Below, in pieces: positions 1 to 10,687 of a DNA stretch of 64,000 bases. This DNA comes from a virus (taxonomy: Duplodnaviria > Caudoviricetes): positions 1-64,000 of the IMG/VR virus record IMGVR_UViG_3300029288_000100; one strand, 5' to 3'. Below the pieces are notes generated by a model that worked only from the letters and a program-made list of their open reading frames with translations, ran no database searches and had not been told where the DNA came from. The stretch's first letter is position 1. Each line of letters starts with the position of its first letter. The translations under genes were made by a program, and so were the position numbers.

Positions 1-1606
<1,606 letters not shown>

Positions 1607-1620
<14 letters not shown>

Positions 1621-1903
1621 CGATCTCCCCTTTCACCAGCGCGCGGACCCTCGGAACCCGCAGGGGCCGCAGCTTCCCCCCGAGCGCGACCCGGTGCGCG
1701 TGGCACTCGTGATTCACGACCGCAGATGTGAACGTGTGAACGGTCCACTCGCCGAGCTCAACGTCACCCGGCGTCAGGGTCTGCGCGAGGTCCTTGGCCG
1801 CGCGCTCGGCCGCCGCGAAGCTCTCCGCGGCCACCACCGAGAGGTGCTTGATGGTCACCGTCACTGCGTAGGGCTTGAGCCCATCCGGGTAGTTCCGCGT
1901 CAC
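1607..1903 (-). CDS. Hypothetical protein
   Basis: 98-aa ORF overlapping both neighbours in the operon. Confidence 0.55.
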
Positions 1904-2277
1904 GGTTGCCTCGGAGAGCTTGGAAGCTCGAAGAAGCAGGTAGCTGGTCGGTCAACCTTCAGCAACAAGCGCAACACACTCAGGATCTCGCGCCGCCGGT
2001 CACTGCCAAGACAGGCCTGAAGGGCAACTCGAGTCATATCGTCGACGACCTGCGGGAACTTGATGACTATATGGCGGTGCCCAGCTGTCTTCGACGGAGT
2101 GTTGCGGGTGACACTGCACACGAACTTGTTCTTCGTGAGCAACGCCAGCTGCTGCATCATTCCCGGAACGTCGTCTTCGCAGTCGATGTCAAGGAAGAGC
2201 TCATCCTGTTCCGGAAGGACCAGGTCCCAGTCATTCTCGTCAGCAACCCTCTTCGGGTCATAGGCTAAGTCGCTCAC
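1900..2277 (-). CDS. Hypothetical phage protein
   Basis: 125-aa ORF with 4-bp overlaps, protein-like composition (LFLDID, GHRHI). Confidence 0.65.
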   Translation of the reverse strand: MSDLAYDPKRVADENDWDLVLPEQDELFLDIDCEDDVPGMMQQLALLTKNKFVCSVTRNTPSKTAGHRHIVIKFPQVVDDMTRVALQACLGSDRRREILSVLRLLLKVDRPATCFFELPSSPRQP

Positions 2278-2546
2278 GGCACTCTCCTCGCGCGCAGGAA
2301 GGCGCGGCGCGCATCGAGGTAGCGGCGGATGGCCGCCTGCTCCCGGCCACAGGCTTGGCAGTCGTCAGTATGCTCACCAACACTGGCGCAACCATCGACG
2401 ACAAGGCCAACGATGGTGGCGAGCGCACTTGCAGAAGCAAGCAGCTCGGTGTCCTCGGTGGTCAGCGGCCGAGGGCTGGAAGTGTGGACCCAGCTGTTCT
2501 TGGGCTGCTGAACGCCGGTGCCACCCGGTGGCGGCTGGTGAGGCAT
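2274..2546 (-). CDS. Hypothetical protein (CxxC)
   Basis: 90-aa ORF, SD and 4-bp overlap. Confidence 0.5.
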   Translation of the reverse strand: MPHQPPPGGTGVQQPKNSWVHTSSPRPLTTEDTELLASASALATIVGLVVDGCASVGEHTDDCQACGREQAAIRRYLDARRAFLRARRVP

Positions 2547-2549
2547 GAT

Positions 2550-2810
2550 CTACCTCTCCGCCTTCTTGGCCGCCCGGGTGCCTCGTGCTTCGTGCTCGCA
2601 CGCGAGGACGGTCAGCTTCCCATCCGGGTCCACCTGCATCGTCGCCTTCGCGTTGTAGTCACCCCCAGCCATGCCGGGGTCGATGCCGATGAAGGTCCGG
2701 GACCGCATCCGCCGCACCAGCCGGCGCACCAGCTGGATCAACGCGCCGACCCCGCTCACCAGGAGCAGGAGCTCAAGCACGCCGCCGCAGATACAGAAGA
2801 TCATGAGCAC
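2550..2810 (-). CDS. Hypothetical membrane protein
   Basis: Hydrophobic N-terminus, operon position. Confidence 0.45.
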   Translation of the reverse strand: MLMIFCICGGVLELLLLVSGVGALIQLVRRLVRRMRSRTFIGIDPGMAGGDYNAKATMQVDPDGKLTVLACEHEARGTRAAKKAER

Positions 2811-2840
2811 GGGAGCCGGTATCCGAGACGAGAGGAAGCG

Positions 2841-3248
2841 CTACTCACTCGCCTCGAGGCACGCGGTCGCCATCGTGAGGACGCACTTCCGCTGCTCGCT
2901 CGTGAGCGGCTGGATAGCGCCCAACACGCGGAACAAACTCTCGACGACATCACCGAACTGACCCAGCGGCGGCGACCCGGCGACAGGCACCTTCTTCGCG
3001 GCGGGCTTGGTCGCCTTCTTCATCCTGGCTGCAGGGGCTCTCTTCGCGATGGGTTTGGCCACCTTCCGCTTCGCGGCGGGCGCCTTCTTCATGGCGGTGA
3101 TGGCGGCGACGAGGTCCTGGTGCTGCTCGGCGGTCCGCCCAGCGACGGGGAGGTTGGCTCGCTTGGCGTAGACGTACAGGGTGCCAAGGCTCACGCCGAG
3201 CTTCTTGGCGAGGTGCTCCACAGTGGTGTCCTTGTCGAGTTCAGACAT
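2841..3248 (-). CDS. HTH DNA-binding protein with histone-H1-like Lys/Ala/Pro-rich segment
   Basis: ATG at 3248 with AAGGAG SD; TVEHLAKKLGVSLGTLYVY helix-turn-helix; KKAPAAKRKVAKPIAKRAPAARMKKATKPAAKK. The frame is open upstream to 3599, so the start is uncertain. Confidence 0.6.
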   Translation of the reverse strand: MSELDKDTTVEHLAKKLGVSLGTLYVYAKRANLPVAGRTAEQHQDLVAAITAMKKAPAAKRKVAKPIAKRAPAARMKKATKPAAKKVPVAGSPPLGQFGDVVESLFRVLGAIQPLTSEQRKCVLTMATACLEASE

Positions 3249-3589
3249 GGGATCTCCTTTGGTGCTCGAGGGGGTTGACGGCGCCGACTCAGGCGGCCGC
3301 ACCAAATCAGGCGGCGGCGTCAATGCGTCGGGGGGGGGAGCAGGCAACTCGTGGAAGAGGAAAGGCCCGCCGCAGCCGTCGCAGGACATCGCGGGCCACG
3401 CCTTGTCCGCGGCGAAGCGCAAGCAATCGGACCAGGCGACGCAGCCCTCGTGGCGCTCCCCGGCGTGCGGAGCCGGGCGCGCCCGTCGAACTATGCCTAT
3501 GCCGCGGTCAAAAACGAGGGGAGGCGCGGCGGAGGCGCTGATCTCAACCCGCCTCCTCGCCGTGCGCGTGATCGATATGCCCCGGGTCG

Positions 3590-4516
3590 TCATGTCCACT
3601 CGTCGAGGCGCGCACGGAGCTTGCTCAGCTGGAACTCGCGGAATCGCTCATACGCGGTCGCCAGGTCCCGCCTCCCGGGCGCGATCGTGACCGGCACCTC
3701 GTGGAGCTCGACCAGCCAGCGCATCAGCCGGAGCCGCTCCACTGCCGTGATGAACTCGTGACCGGGGGCCCGCGCTCCGTGGAGCACAAGCCGGAAGGCC
3801 TTCGCGAGCGCCGTCGCGACTGAACCCTTCACGTTGCCCCGCAGGTCGTCGACGATCTCCTCAAAGTCGTCACGGAGCAGATGCCCGGAGAGCAGATCAC
3901 AGACCAACCCGGGGTGCCTGGAGAGCACCTCATTCGCCACCTTCTCGCCGACGCCCTCCATCCCGGGCACATCGTCACCCTGGTCGCCGACGAGCGCCTT
4001 CCAGTCCGTGAGGAGCTCGGGGTCCAGGCCCCGCTGCTTGCGCACCTCCGCGGGTGTGAAGACGCACTCAGTCGACCCGACCTTGAGGAGCACGTGCACA
4101 TCGGTCCGCACGAGCTGGAGGAGGTCGGCGTCTCGGGTGAGGACCAGCACCGGCGTCTCCGCTGAGCGCGCGAGGGTAGCGATCACGTCGTCTGCCTCCC
4201 AGCCGTCACACCAAGCCTGGTGCACGCCGAGGGGCGGAAGCAACGATCGGGCCACCTCGTGGCGCTGCCGGTGGAACTGCGCCAAATCCGCGAACGGCCC
4301 GCCCTTCCGCCGCGACTCCTTGTAGGAGGGGAACTTCCGGATCCGCTCGTGAGCGTCCGTCGAGTCCCAGACCACGAAGAGGCGCACGCCTGGGTTGTCG
4401 AGGTGCACCTTGAAGACGCGGAGCAGGAACCGGTGGTACATGGTCGGCACGGGCCCGGGCTGGAACGCGGCGCGCGCGAACCCGTTTCCGTCGAAGATGG
4501 CGGTCGCGTAGCCCAT
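3590..4516 (-). CDS. 5'-3' exonuclease / flap endonuclease (PolI N-terminal-like)
   Basis: IFDGNG, YKESR, WEADDVIATLA, TRDADLLQL, KALVGDQGDDVPGMEGVGEKVA (H3TH motif). Confidence 0.92.
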   Translation of the reverse strand: MGYATAIFDGNGFARAAFQPGPVPTMYHRFLLRVFKVHLDNPGVRLFVVWDSTDAHERIRKFPSYKESRRKGGPFADLAQFHRQRHEVARSLLPPLGVHQAWCDGWEADDVIATLARSAETPVLVLTRDADLLQLVRTDVHVLLKVGSTECVFTPAEVRKQRGLDPELLTDWKALVGDQGDDVPGMEGVGEKVANEVLSRHPGLVCDLLSGHLLRDDFEEIVDDLRGNVKGSVATALAKAFRLVLHGARAPGHEFITAVERLRLMRWLVELHEVPVTIAPGRRDLATAYERFREFQLSKLRARLDEWT

Positions 4517-4770
4517 CAGCTGCGCAGGGAGGACGATCCGTCCCCCGGCTCTGGCGGCAGCGTCTCGGCGGCGGCGCGGTCCGCCGCGTCGGAGAACCGC
4601 TCCCCTTCGCTGACGGCGACGTCGCCGGGCAGCGCCTCGATTCGCTCCTGCAGGAGCGCAATGACCCGCAGGTCAGCCTCCGGGATCTGGACAATGGAGG
4701 CGATGCGCCGGACCACCGCGATGGCGCGCATCAACACGGTTCGCTCTTGCTCGGAGAGGGACAGGACCAT
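4516..4770 (-). CDS. Hypothetical protein
   Basis: 84-aa ORF, 1-bp overlap, SD. Confidence 0.55.
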   Translation of the reverse strand: MVLSLSEQERTVLMRAIAVVRRIASIVQIPEADLRVIALLQERIEALPGDVAVSEGERFSDAADRAAAETLPPEPGDGSSSLRS

Positions 4771-4778
4771 GCTCCCCC

Positions 4779-5117
4779 CTATCCGAGGAGAGCAGCGAAT
4801 AGTGCCGACGACATGATGAAGCCGAGGACAAAACCCACCAGCAGCACGGCTGGCGACCCCACGGAGACAGGTCGCTCCGCGCGGGCGAACGCCCGACGCA
4901 ACCCAGCTATCGTGCAGTCGCGCTCACGCAGCGCCAGCCGCAGCTGCTCGAGCTCCCAGCAAGCGTCCTTCAGGTCACCGCGGAACGGTCCGCCGAAGGG
5001 CAGGTCACCCGGCGCAGGGTTTCGGCGGGAATGGATAGCACCTGACCGCGGGATCGGGCGGGGTGCCAGCGAGCAAGGCGGCAGCATGTGCCCCTTTCGC
5101 AGCGCGACTCCCATCAC
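4779..5117 (-). CDS. Hypothetical protein with C-terminal TM helix
   Basis: Coiled-coil followed by hydrophobic C-terminus. Confidence 0.5.
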   Translation of the reverse strand: MMGVALRKGHMLPPCSLAPRPIPRSGAIHSRRNPAPGDLPFGGPFRGDLKDACWELEQLRLALRERDCTIAGLRRAFARAERPVSVGSPAVLLVGFVLGFIMSSALFAALLG

Positions 5118-5398
5118 TTCTTGGGCGGGCAGATCGCGTCCTTGCAGACCTTGCTGAGGCGCATCTTGACCACGGTCTTCGCCGGGATCTTGATCTGCTC
5201 GCCGGTGGCCGGGTTCCGGCCCATCCGCGCCTTGCGCTGGGACTTGACGAGCTTGCCGATGCCCGGGATGACGAACTCCCCGGTCTTCCTCGTCTCGCTC
5301 GTCGCCAGCGAGACGTAGTGCTCGATGAAGTTCGCGACCGCGGTCTTGGTCATCCCCGTGTTGTCCGCCATCCTGCTGATCACCTGCGTCTTGGTCAT
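5114..5398 (-). CDS. hup: HU family DNA-binding protein
   Basis: MTKTQVI..IPGIGKLVKSQRKARMGRNPATGEQIKIPAKTVVKMR; ATG at 5398 with GGAGG SD. Confidence 0.95.
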   Translation of the reverse strand: MTKTQVISRMADNTGMTKTAVANFIEHYVSLATSETRKTGEFVIPGIGKLVKSQRKARMGRNPATGEQIKIPAKTVVKMRLSKVCKDAICPPKK

Positions 5399-5580
5399 GA
5401 CAGTACCTCCCTTTTTCCTTTCCCCACCGCTATCCGAGACGAGGTATCGCCAGATCCAGCAAGCCTTGCGCGTGCGAAAGCCCCGAGCCCGCCAGCACCC
5501 AGGCTGCTCTCGCTTCGTCGCGGACCTCCAGCGGCAGTTGCTACAGCGCGGGAGCTCGCCAACCGGGATGAGGGACACGC

Positions 5581-5799
5581 TCAGCGTTCCCCGAAGAAAC
5601 GGGTCATCAGGAGGTGGTAGAGAATCGCGAGGATGATAAGTGCCGTCGCCACCCCCGCCCCGGTCGAAGCGACCTCAACTGCAGTCCGCCGGCGTCGATC
5701 TGCCCGGAGACGTCGAACCTCCGCCTCCGCTAGCTCCCGCGCCCGGCGCTCTGCGTCCAGCGCGGCACGGGCAGCCGCAAGGTCGTCGCGGTAGCTCAT
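5581..5799 (-). CDS. Hypothetical protein, coiled-coil plus TM helix
   Basis: 72-aa ORF. Confidence 0.5.
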   Translation of the reverse strand: MSYRDDLAAARAALDAERRARELAEAEVRRLRADRRRRTAVEVASTGAGVATALIILAILYHLLMTRFFGER

Positions 5800-5808
5800 G
5801 TCCGTTCC

Positions 5809-8253
5809 TCACCCACAGCGCGAGGAGCCGCAGCGGGTGCAGCTCAGACACCCGTCACGGGAAGTCATCCGCCCGCCGCAGATACTCCCGTCCTCGAGCA
5901 GCTCCGCGCACCGTTCGAGCGGCTCCCGGACTTCTTCCGGCAGGTCCGTTCGGTCCAAGGCTCGCTGGATCGCGCACCCGAGCTTCCGCGGGACACTGAA
6001 GATGTGCTGCAGGTGCACCCGCTCGAGGTGCTTGACCACCTCGTTCGGTGGCGCACGGAAGCGGAGGGCGATGGACGCGAGGCGCGTCAGCGCGTCGAGC
6101 TCCTGGCGCACGCGCTCGTCCGCCTTGTGGGCCCCGTTCACGAAGACCTCGTAGGGGCGTCCGCCACGGATCTCCGCCCCCAGGAGCCCGACCGTCACGT
6201 AGACGTTCTCGTGTTGCCCAGGTGTGGTCTCCACCTTCTCCCGCACCACGATCGCGGGGATCACCTCGGGGCGCTGCGTCTCACCCACCTCCGCGTTCCG
6301 CCCGGCAGAGAGCGGCTGCCCGGCACGCGACCCGTCCCGGTAGACCGTCACCCCCTTCAGCCGCTCGCGCCACGCTCGCCGGTAGACGTGGTCCACGTCC
6401 TCGACTGTGGCATCCGGCGGAAGGTTGATGGTCTTGCTGATCGCGTTGTCCACACGCCGCTGCCACGCCACTTGGTGGTTGAGGTGCACGTCCGGCGAGA
6501 CCTCGCCCGCGAGCACGAACTGCCGCCCGGCCGCGCGCATCCTCGGAGAGATCTCCTGATTCAGGTGCCAGACCTGCCACTCGACACGCTCCGTCTCGGG
6601 GAGCTCGCGTGGGCAGGCCTCCGCCGCGCGCACGCGCATCCGCACGACCTCCTCGGGGGAGAGCACCTCCTCGACGAGCGGGTGCACGCAGGCGGTCACG
6701 GAGTCCACGCGGCGCTGCGCGAAGGCCCACGCGAAGATCGGCTCGATCCCGGACGATACCCCCGCGATCGTCGAGAGCGTCCCGGTCGGCGCCACCGTCG
6801 TCGTGGTCAGGTTCCGCGGCCCACCCTCGAAACTCTCCACGAGCGCCGTCAACCCGGGAGTCGCACGCAGGAACGCCTCGCGGTCGAACGACGGAAACCA
6901 GCCCACCTCATCCGCCATCCGGAAGGACTCACACCAAGCCGACTTCCAGATGAACTCGGCCACCTCACCCGCGAGCTGCCACGCCTCCGGAGCGTCGTAG
7001 GGGATCCCGAGACGGAGGAGCAGGTCCGCCCAGCCCATCACCCCGAGGCCGATCTTCCGGTTGCGCCGGGTGACCTCCGCGATCTCCTCAAGCGGGAAGA
7101 CGTTCGCATCGATCACCGCGTTGAGGAACCGCACTCCCAGCGTCACCGTCCGGTCGAGCTTCCCCCAGTCCACCTCCGCGTGACCGTTGCACGTCACCAT
7201 CTGCACGAGGTTGATGCTCCCGAGGTTACAGGACTCGAAGGGAAGTAGCGGCTGCTCCCCGCAAGGATTGGTGGTCTCGATGTAGTTGGGGTCGAAGCAG
7301 TTCGCCGGGTCGCGGAGCAACCCATTCTCACGGTTCACCTGGTCAAGGAACAGAACCCCGGGCTCCCCACTCGCGTGGGCCTGCTGCACGAGCTCGGCCC
7401 AGATCTCGCCCACCGTCACCGGGCGCTCCCCCTGCGGCCAGTCCTGCACACGCACCCAACTCCCATCACTCCGCAGGTGCGCGACGATCTCCGGCTCGTC
7501 ACTCCTCCGGCGAAACCATGTGCACACATGCGGCGCGTCGGGCTCTGCCTCGAGTCGACACATGAAATGGTCGCTCACCACCACGCTGAAGTTGAAGTTG
7601 CGGAAGCGACCGGGCTCTGCCTTGGCGCGGATGAACCTCAGCACGTCCGGGTGCTCGATGGGAAGCGCACCAAGAGAGGCGCCACGTCGCGTGCTCCCCT
7701 GTTTGATCCACTCAGTCGTACCGTCGAGTGCCCCGAAGAGCAGCCCCACCGGCCCGGTCGCCACACCGCCGGTTGTCCCGACGATCGACCCAGATGGACG
7801 AACGCGCGCGCCGGAGAACCCGGTACCACCGCCCGCCTTGTGCACGAGCGCCGCGCGCTTCCAGGTTTCCGCGATCGAAGCCATCGAGTCATCGACCGGG
7901 AGCACGAAGCACGCGGAGAGGCACATGCCGGGCTTGCCCGCGTTCGTCAGTGTCGGGGAGTTGGGGAGGAAGGACAGCGACCGCATCATCAGCTCGAACG
8001 CCTCGCGGTATTTGGCGTAGGGCCCAACCGCGACGGCGGAAGCCACGCGACTCCAGAGCTCGTCCGGCGTCTCGACCACCATCCCACTCGCGTCCCGCCG
8101 AAGGATACGCTTGCGGAGGATGAAGAGGGCATTCTCGGTCAGCTTCGCTGGAGGATAGTCGCGGCGTGCCTGCTCCGGACCCCCCGACTCGCACCCTGGA
8201 TCAACAGTCGGTTCCTCACGGACGAGGTCACTCGAGAGCAGCTCACGTTCCAT
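5809..8253 (-). CDS. nrdJ: Class II (adenosylcobalamin-dependent) ribonucleotide reductase
   Basis: FLPNSPTLTNAG, LSACFV, GGGTGFS, TNPCGEQPL..ESCNLGSINL, RKIGLGVMG, VAPTGTLS, LKGVTVYRDGSR, C-terminal CxxCGxSRC; start set at ATG 8253 by SD. Confidence 0.95.
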   Translation of the reverse strand: MERELLSSDLVREEPTVDPGCESGGPEQARRDYPPAKLTENALFILRKRILRRDASGMVVETPDELWSRVASAVAVGPYAKYREAFELMMRSLSFLPNSPTLTNAGKPGMCLSACFVLPVDDSMASIAETWKRAALVHKAGGGTGFSGARVRPSGSIVGTTGGVATGPVGLLFGALDGTTEWIKQGSTRRGASLGALPIEHPDVLRFIRAKAEPGRFRNFNFSVVVSDHFMCRLEAEPDAPHVCTWFRRRSDEPEIVAHLRSDGSWVRVQDWPQGERPVTVGEIWAELVQQAHASGEPGVLFLDQVNRENGLLRDPANCFDPNYIETTNPCGEQPLLPFESCNLGSINLVQMVTCNGHAEVDWGKLDRTVTLGVRFLNAVIDANVFPLEEIAEVTRRNRKIGLGVMGWADLLLRLGIPYDAPEAWQLAGEVAEFIWKSAWCESFRMADEVGWFPSFDREAFLRATPGLTALVESFEGGPRNLTTTTVAPTGTLSTIAGVSSGIEPIFAWAFAQRRVDSVTACVHPLVEEVLSPEEVVRMRVRAAEACPRELPETERVEWQVWHLNQEISPRMRAAGRQFVLAGEVSPDVHLNHQVAWQRRVDNAISKTINLPPDATVEDVDHVYRRAWRERLKGVTVYRDGSRAGQPLSAGRNAEVGETQRPEVIPAIVVREKVETTPGQHENVYVTVGLLGAEIRGGRPYEVFVNGAHKADERVRQELDALTRLASIALRFRAPPNEVVKHLERVHLQHIFSVPRKLGCAIQRALDRTDLPEEVREPLERCAELLEDGSICGGRMTSRDGCLSCTRCGSSRCG

Positions 8254-8270
8254 TCGGATCATCTCCCTTG

Positions 8271-8615
8271 TCAGAAGCCGCAGAGCTCGAGGCGGCGCAT
8301 GAGATCCATCCGGAAGGTGTTGAGCACCTTGTCTGTGGCCGGGCAGCTCTGGTAGCGCTCGGACACGAAGCGCGCGATCTCCCCAGCCAGGCGGCGATCC
8401 TCGGGCGCGAGCGCGGAAACGAACGTGCGCAAGTCCATGATCCCGTCCACCCCCGCCTGCCACCGGATGAGGCGCTGCATCTCCTCTAGGCGGTAGCGGC
8501 GCGCGAAGCTCGGGCGCTCCCACCGACCGAAGCGCGCGGCGAATTCCTCGTCTCGCTCAGTCAGCGGGTCGAGGCGCGCGACAGCAGCGTCCAGGAGCTG
8601 GTCAACCTTGCTCAT
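8271..8615 (-). CDS. Hypothetical protein
   Basis: ATG 8615 with AGGAGG SD. Confidence 0.6.
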   Translation of the reverse strand: MSKVDQLLDAAVARLDPLTERDEEFAARFGRWERPSFARRYRLEEMQRLIRWQAGVDGIMDLRTFVSALAPEDRRLAGEIARFVSERYQSCPATDKVLNTFRMDLMRRLELCGF

Positions 8616-8814
8616 CAGGCCCTCCTGTTCCAGCTCCGCAGCCATCGCGACACACCACGATCCGCGTCACCCCAGGCGGCGCGTTCGGGGGCACCGTCGT
8701 CAGCTCCGCGACCGGGCGCTCCCGTCCACACCGGAAACACCGACCTGTGCGGGTGTCCATCGCCTCGATTGGCGTCCGGGTCACACTGAGGTGGGAGCGG
8801 AACCGCTTCGGCAT
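8602..8814 (-). CDS. Small Cys-rich (zinc-binding) protein
   Basis: CFRC...CRDGC. Confidence 0.5.
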   Translation of the reverse strand: MPKRFRSHLSVTRTPIEAMDTRTGRCFRCGRERPVAELTTVPPNAPPGVTRIVVCRDGCGAGTGGPDEQG

Positions 8815-8821
8815 CGCTGCC

Positions 8822-9412
8822 TCACTCTGCCGATTCACCACCCGGGGTAGGAAGCGGAATGACCTCGGCCTCGAGCTCGCCCAGCGAATTGTGCTCGGCC
8901 ATGAGATCGCCCATCCGCGCGCCGAGCTCGTTCAGCAGCCCGCGCACCGGCTCCGGCAGCTCGAGCCCCTTGATCTCCTCCAGGAGCTCGGCCGCATGGC
9001 GCAGGTCACGCGCCTTGAGGTAGAGGGCGACCGCGCCCGCTGCGTCCTGTGCCTGCGTCCCGAGCCGCTTCGCGAGGTCCCAGAGCCGGTGCGCCACGTT
9101 CGCGATCTGCGCCGGATTACCGCTACGCTGGACCTCCTGCGCCTCGTGGAGCAGGGCGGCGCGATCCTGCAGCCCCTGCGCTCGCCCCTCCATCTCCTGG
9201 CGCACCCCGCGGTCCCACCCCTTGAACCTCGCGTCGAGGAACTGCTCCACACAGCTCAGGATCACCGCCGAATGGTTGGCCGCGCCGACGAGCTGCTTGA
9301 CCGTCTCGAAGACCGCCTCGAGCTGCACACTCAGCCGGCCGAGCTCATCCAACACGTCCTCGATCTTCGGAGGCGCATCGGGACCGGGCTCAATCTTCGT
9401 TTCGTCGCTCAT
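8822..9412 (-). CDS. Hypothetical alpha-helical protein
   Basis: 196-aa ORF with SD. Confidence 0.65.
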   Translation of the reverse strand: MSDETKIEPGPDAPPKIEDVLDELGRLSVQLEAVFETVKQLVGAANHSAVILSCVEQFLDARFKGWDRGVRQEMEGRAQGLQDRAALLHEAQEVQRSGNPAQIANVAHRLWDLAKRLGTQAQDAAGAVALYLKARDLRHAAELLEEIKGLELPEPVRGLLNELGARMGDLMAEHNSLGELEAEVIPLPTPGGESAE

Positions 9413-9743
9413 CTACATCTCCTCCGATCAGGTGAAGCACGGCCTCACCCTCGTTCGTCAGCATCCGGTGAACCACCTTGACCACGATCCGCCAGAACTC
9501 CCCCGCCTTGCCTGCCGGCAAGTCCAGCCCTTCGGCGAGGAGCTGAACGTGCTGCTCCTCAGACAGCACCGGCCCCGCCAGGCGCATCCGCTCCTCGGCA
9601 GGCCGCGGCGCACGGATATCCCGCGCCACCTCCCGGAGATCGACGGCGACCTCCATCGGAAGCGGAGCCTCGGGCGCCGTGCGGTGGCGATCGATCAGCC
9701 ACGCGAGCGTGGAGGACCGGACGACTGCGTACCCGTCAGCCAC
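9390..9743 (-). CDS. Hypothetical protein
   Basis: GTG at 9743 overlapping the upstream stop; C-terminal half of track ORF 9390..10058. Confidence 0.5.
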   Translation of the reverse strand: MADGYAVVRSSTLAWLIDRHRTAPEAPLPMEVAVDLREVARDIRAPRPAEERMRLAGPVLSEEQHVQLLAEGLDLPAGKAGEFWRIVVKVVHRMLTNEGEAVLHLIGGDVDERRNED

Positions 9744-10602
9744 TGACGAGTCCCTCGCCCTGGTACCATCTCGCGGTCTCCAGGAGCGCATCGCGCAGCG
9801 GGGTGGCGGTCGCCATCGCATCCGCGTGGTCGAACTGCTCCGCCTCCTCCTGCAGGGGGACCACAGTATGGAACCCGAGCCCCCGCAGCTCCGCCGCCAG
9901 GCGATTCGGGCCTGCGACGTGCCCACCCACAATGAAGTCTGTCTGGTGCCGGTGCCTGGTGACCAGGCACCGCTCCACGAGCAGCTTCGCCGCGTCCCGC
10001 ACGAACGCCACGTGGTGGAAGACGTTCCCCGGGCGAAACCCCTCGGGGGGAATCGCACCTGTCAGCAGGCGCCCGACCGTCCCATTCTCCGGCACCTGTC
10101 GGGGGCCGAAGAGCTCCGGCAGGCGAACGAACTCGACGTCCAGCTGCGGAGGGCGGTTCCAGTACGTCAGCGCAGATTCGAGTGACCCGACGACCGCAGC
10201 CAGCGGAGCGCGCGGCCGGGGACCACCACCAAGGCACGCCCCGACCATGAACCGGCGGAGCGTGCGCGCGCTACGGGACCGCTCGAACAGGTCGAACCCG
10301 AGCGAGACGAAGCTGCGGAACGCGCGGGCAAACGCGACCGGATCGCGCTCCAGCGGATACGCGAGCGCCAGGTGGCAGACCACGTCCACATCCGGCGTGC
10401 GACCAATCGAGGCGTGATACCTCGCCCCGGGCACGGTGAAGCGCGGAGGCTGCTCCTCACCGGATGATCCGAACTCGCTCAGCCAGCACGAGGACCCGTC
10501 GTCGAGCACATGTACCTCGGCGCCGGCGCTGACCAGCTCCTCCACGACGTGGCTGCCCAGAAATCCGCAGCCGCCAGAGACCAACACCCGCGTCTTCACC
10601 AC
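9736..10602 (-). CDS. NAD-dependent epimerase/dehydratase-like (extended SDR), catalytic motif degenerate
   Basis: RVLVSGGCGFLGSHVV, VCHLA, VRLPELFGPRQ, FVRDAA; no YxxxK. Confidence 0.8.
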   Translation of the reverse strand: MVKTRVLVSGGCGFLGSHVVEELVSAGAEVHVLDDGSSCWLSEFGSSGEEQPPRFTVPGARYHASIGRTPDVDVVCHLALAYPLERDPVAFARAFRSFVSLGFDLFERSRSARTLRRFMVGACLGGGPRPRAPLAAVVGSLESALTYWNRPPQLDVEFVRLPELFGPRQVPENGTVGRLLTGAIPPEGFRPGNVFHHVAFVRDAAKLLVERCLVTRHRHQTDFIVGGHVAGPNRLAAELRGLGFHTVVPLQEEAEQFDHADAMATATPLRDALLETARWYQGEGLVSG

Positions 10603-10620
10603 GCACCTCGTCAGGAGAGT

Positions 10621-10680
10621 GGCGCAAGCGGGTCGAACCAGGATAGGAGGGGGGCCAACCCTATTCTACCCGCTTGCGCC
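10621..10680. other. Long intergenic stem-loop
   Basis: Perfect 13-bp inverted repeat GGCGCAAGCGGGT / ACCCGCTTGCGCC plus inner 7/8-bp stem AGGATAGG / CCTATTCT. Confidence 0.6.
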
Positions 10681-10687
10681 TTAAGCC

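Noticed and set aside
5809-8523. Full 904-aa RNR ORF and possible intein
   Set aside because: First ~90 codons overlap the upstream gene and lack an SD; no intein or homing-endonuclease motifs were seen in RNR, PolB or DnaB
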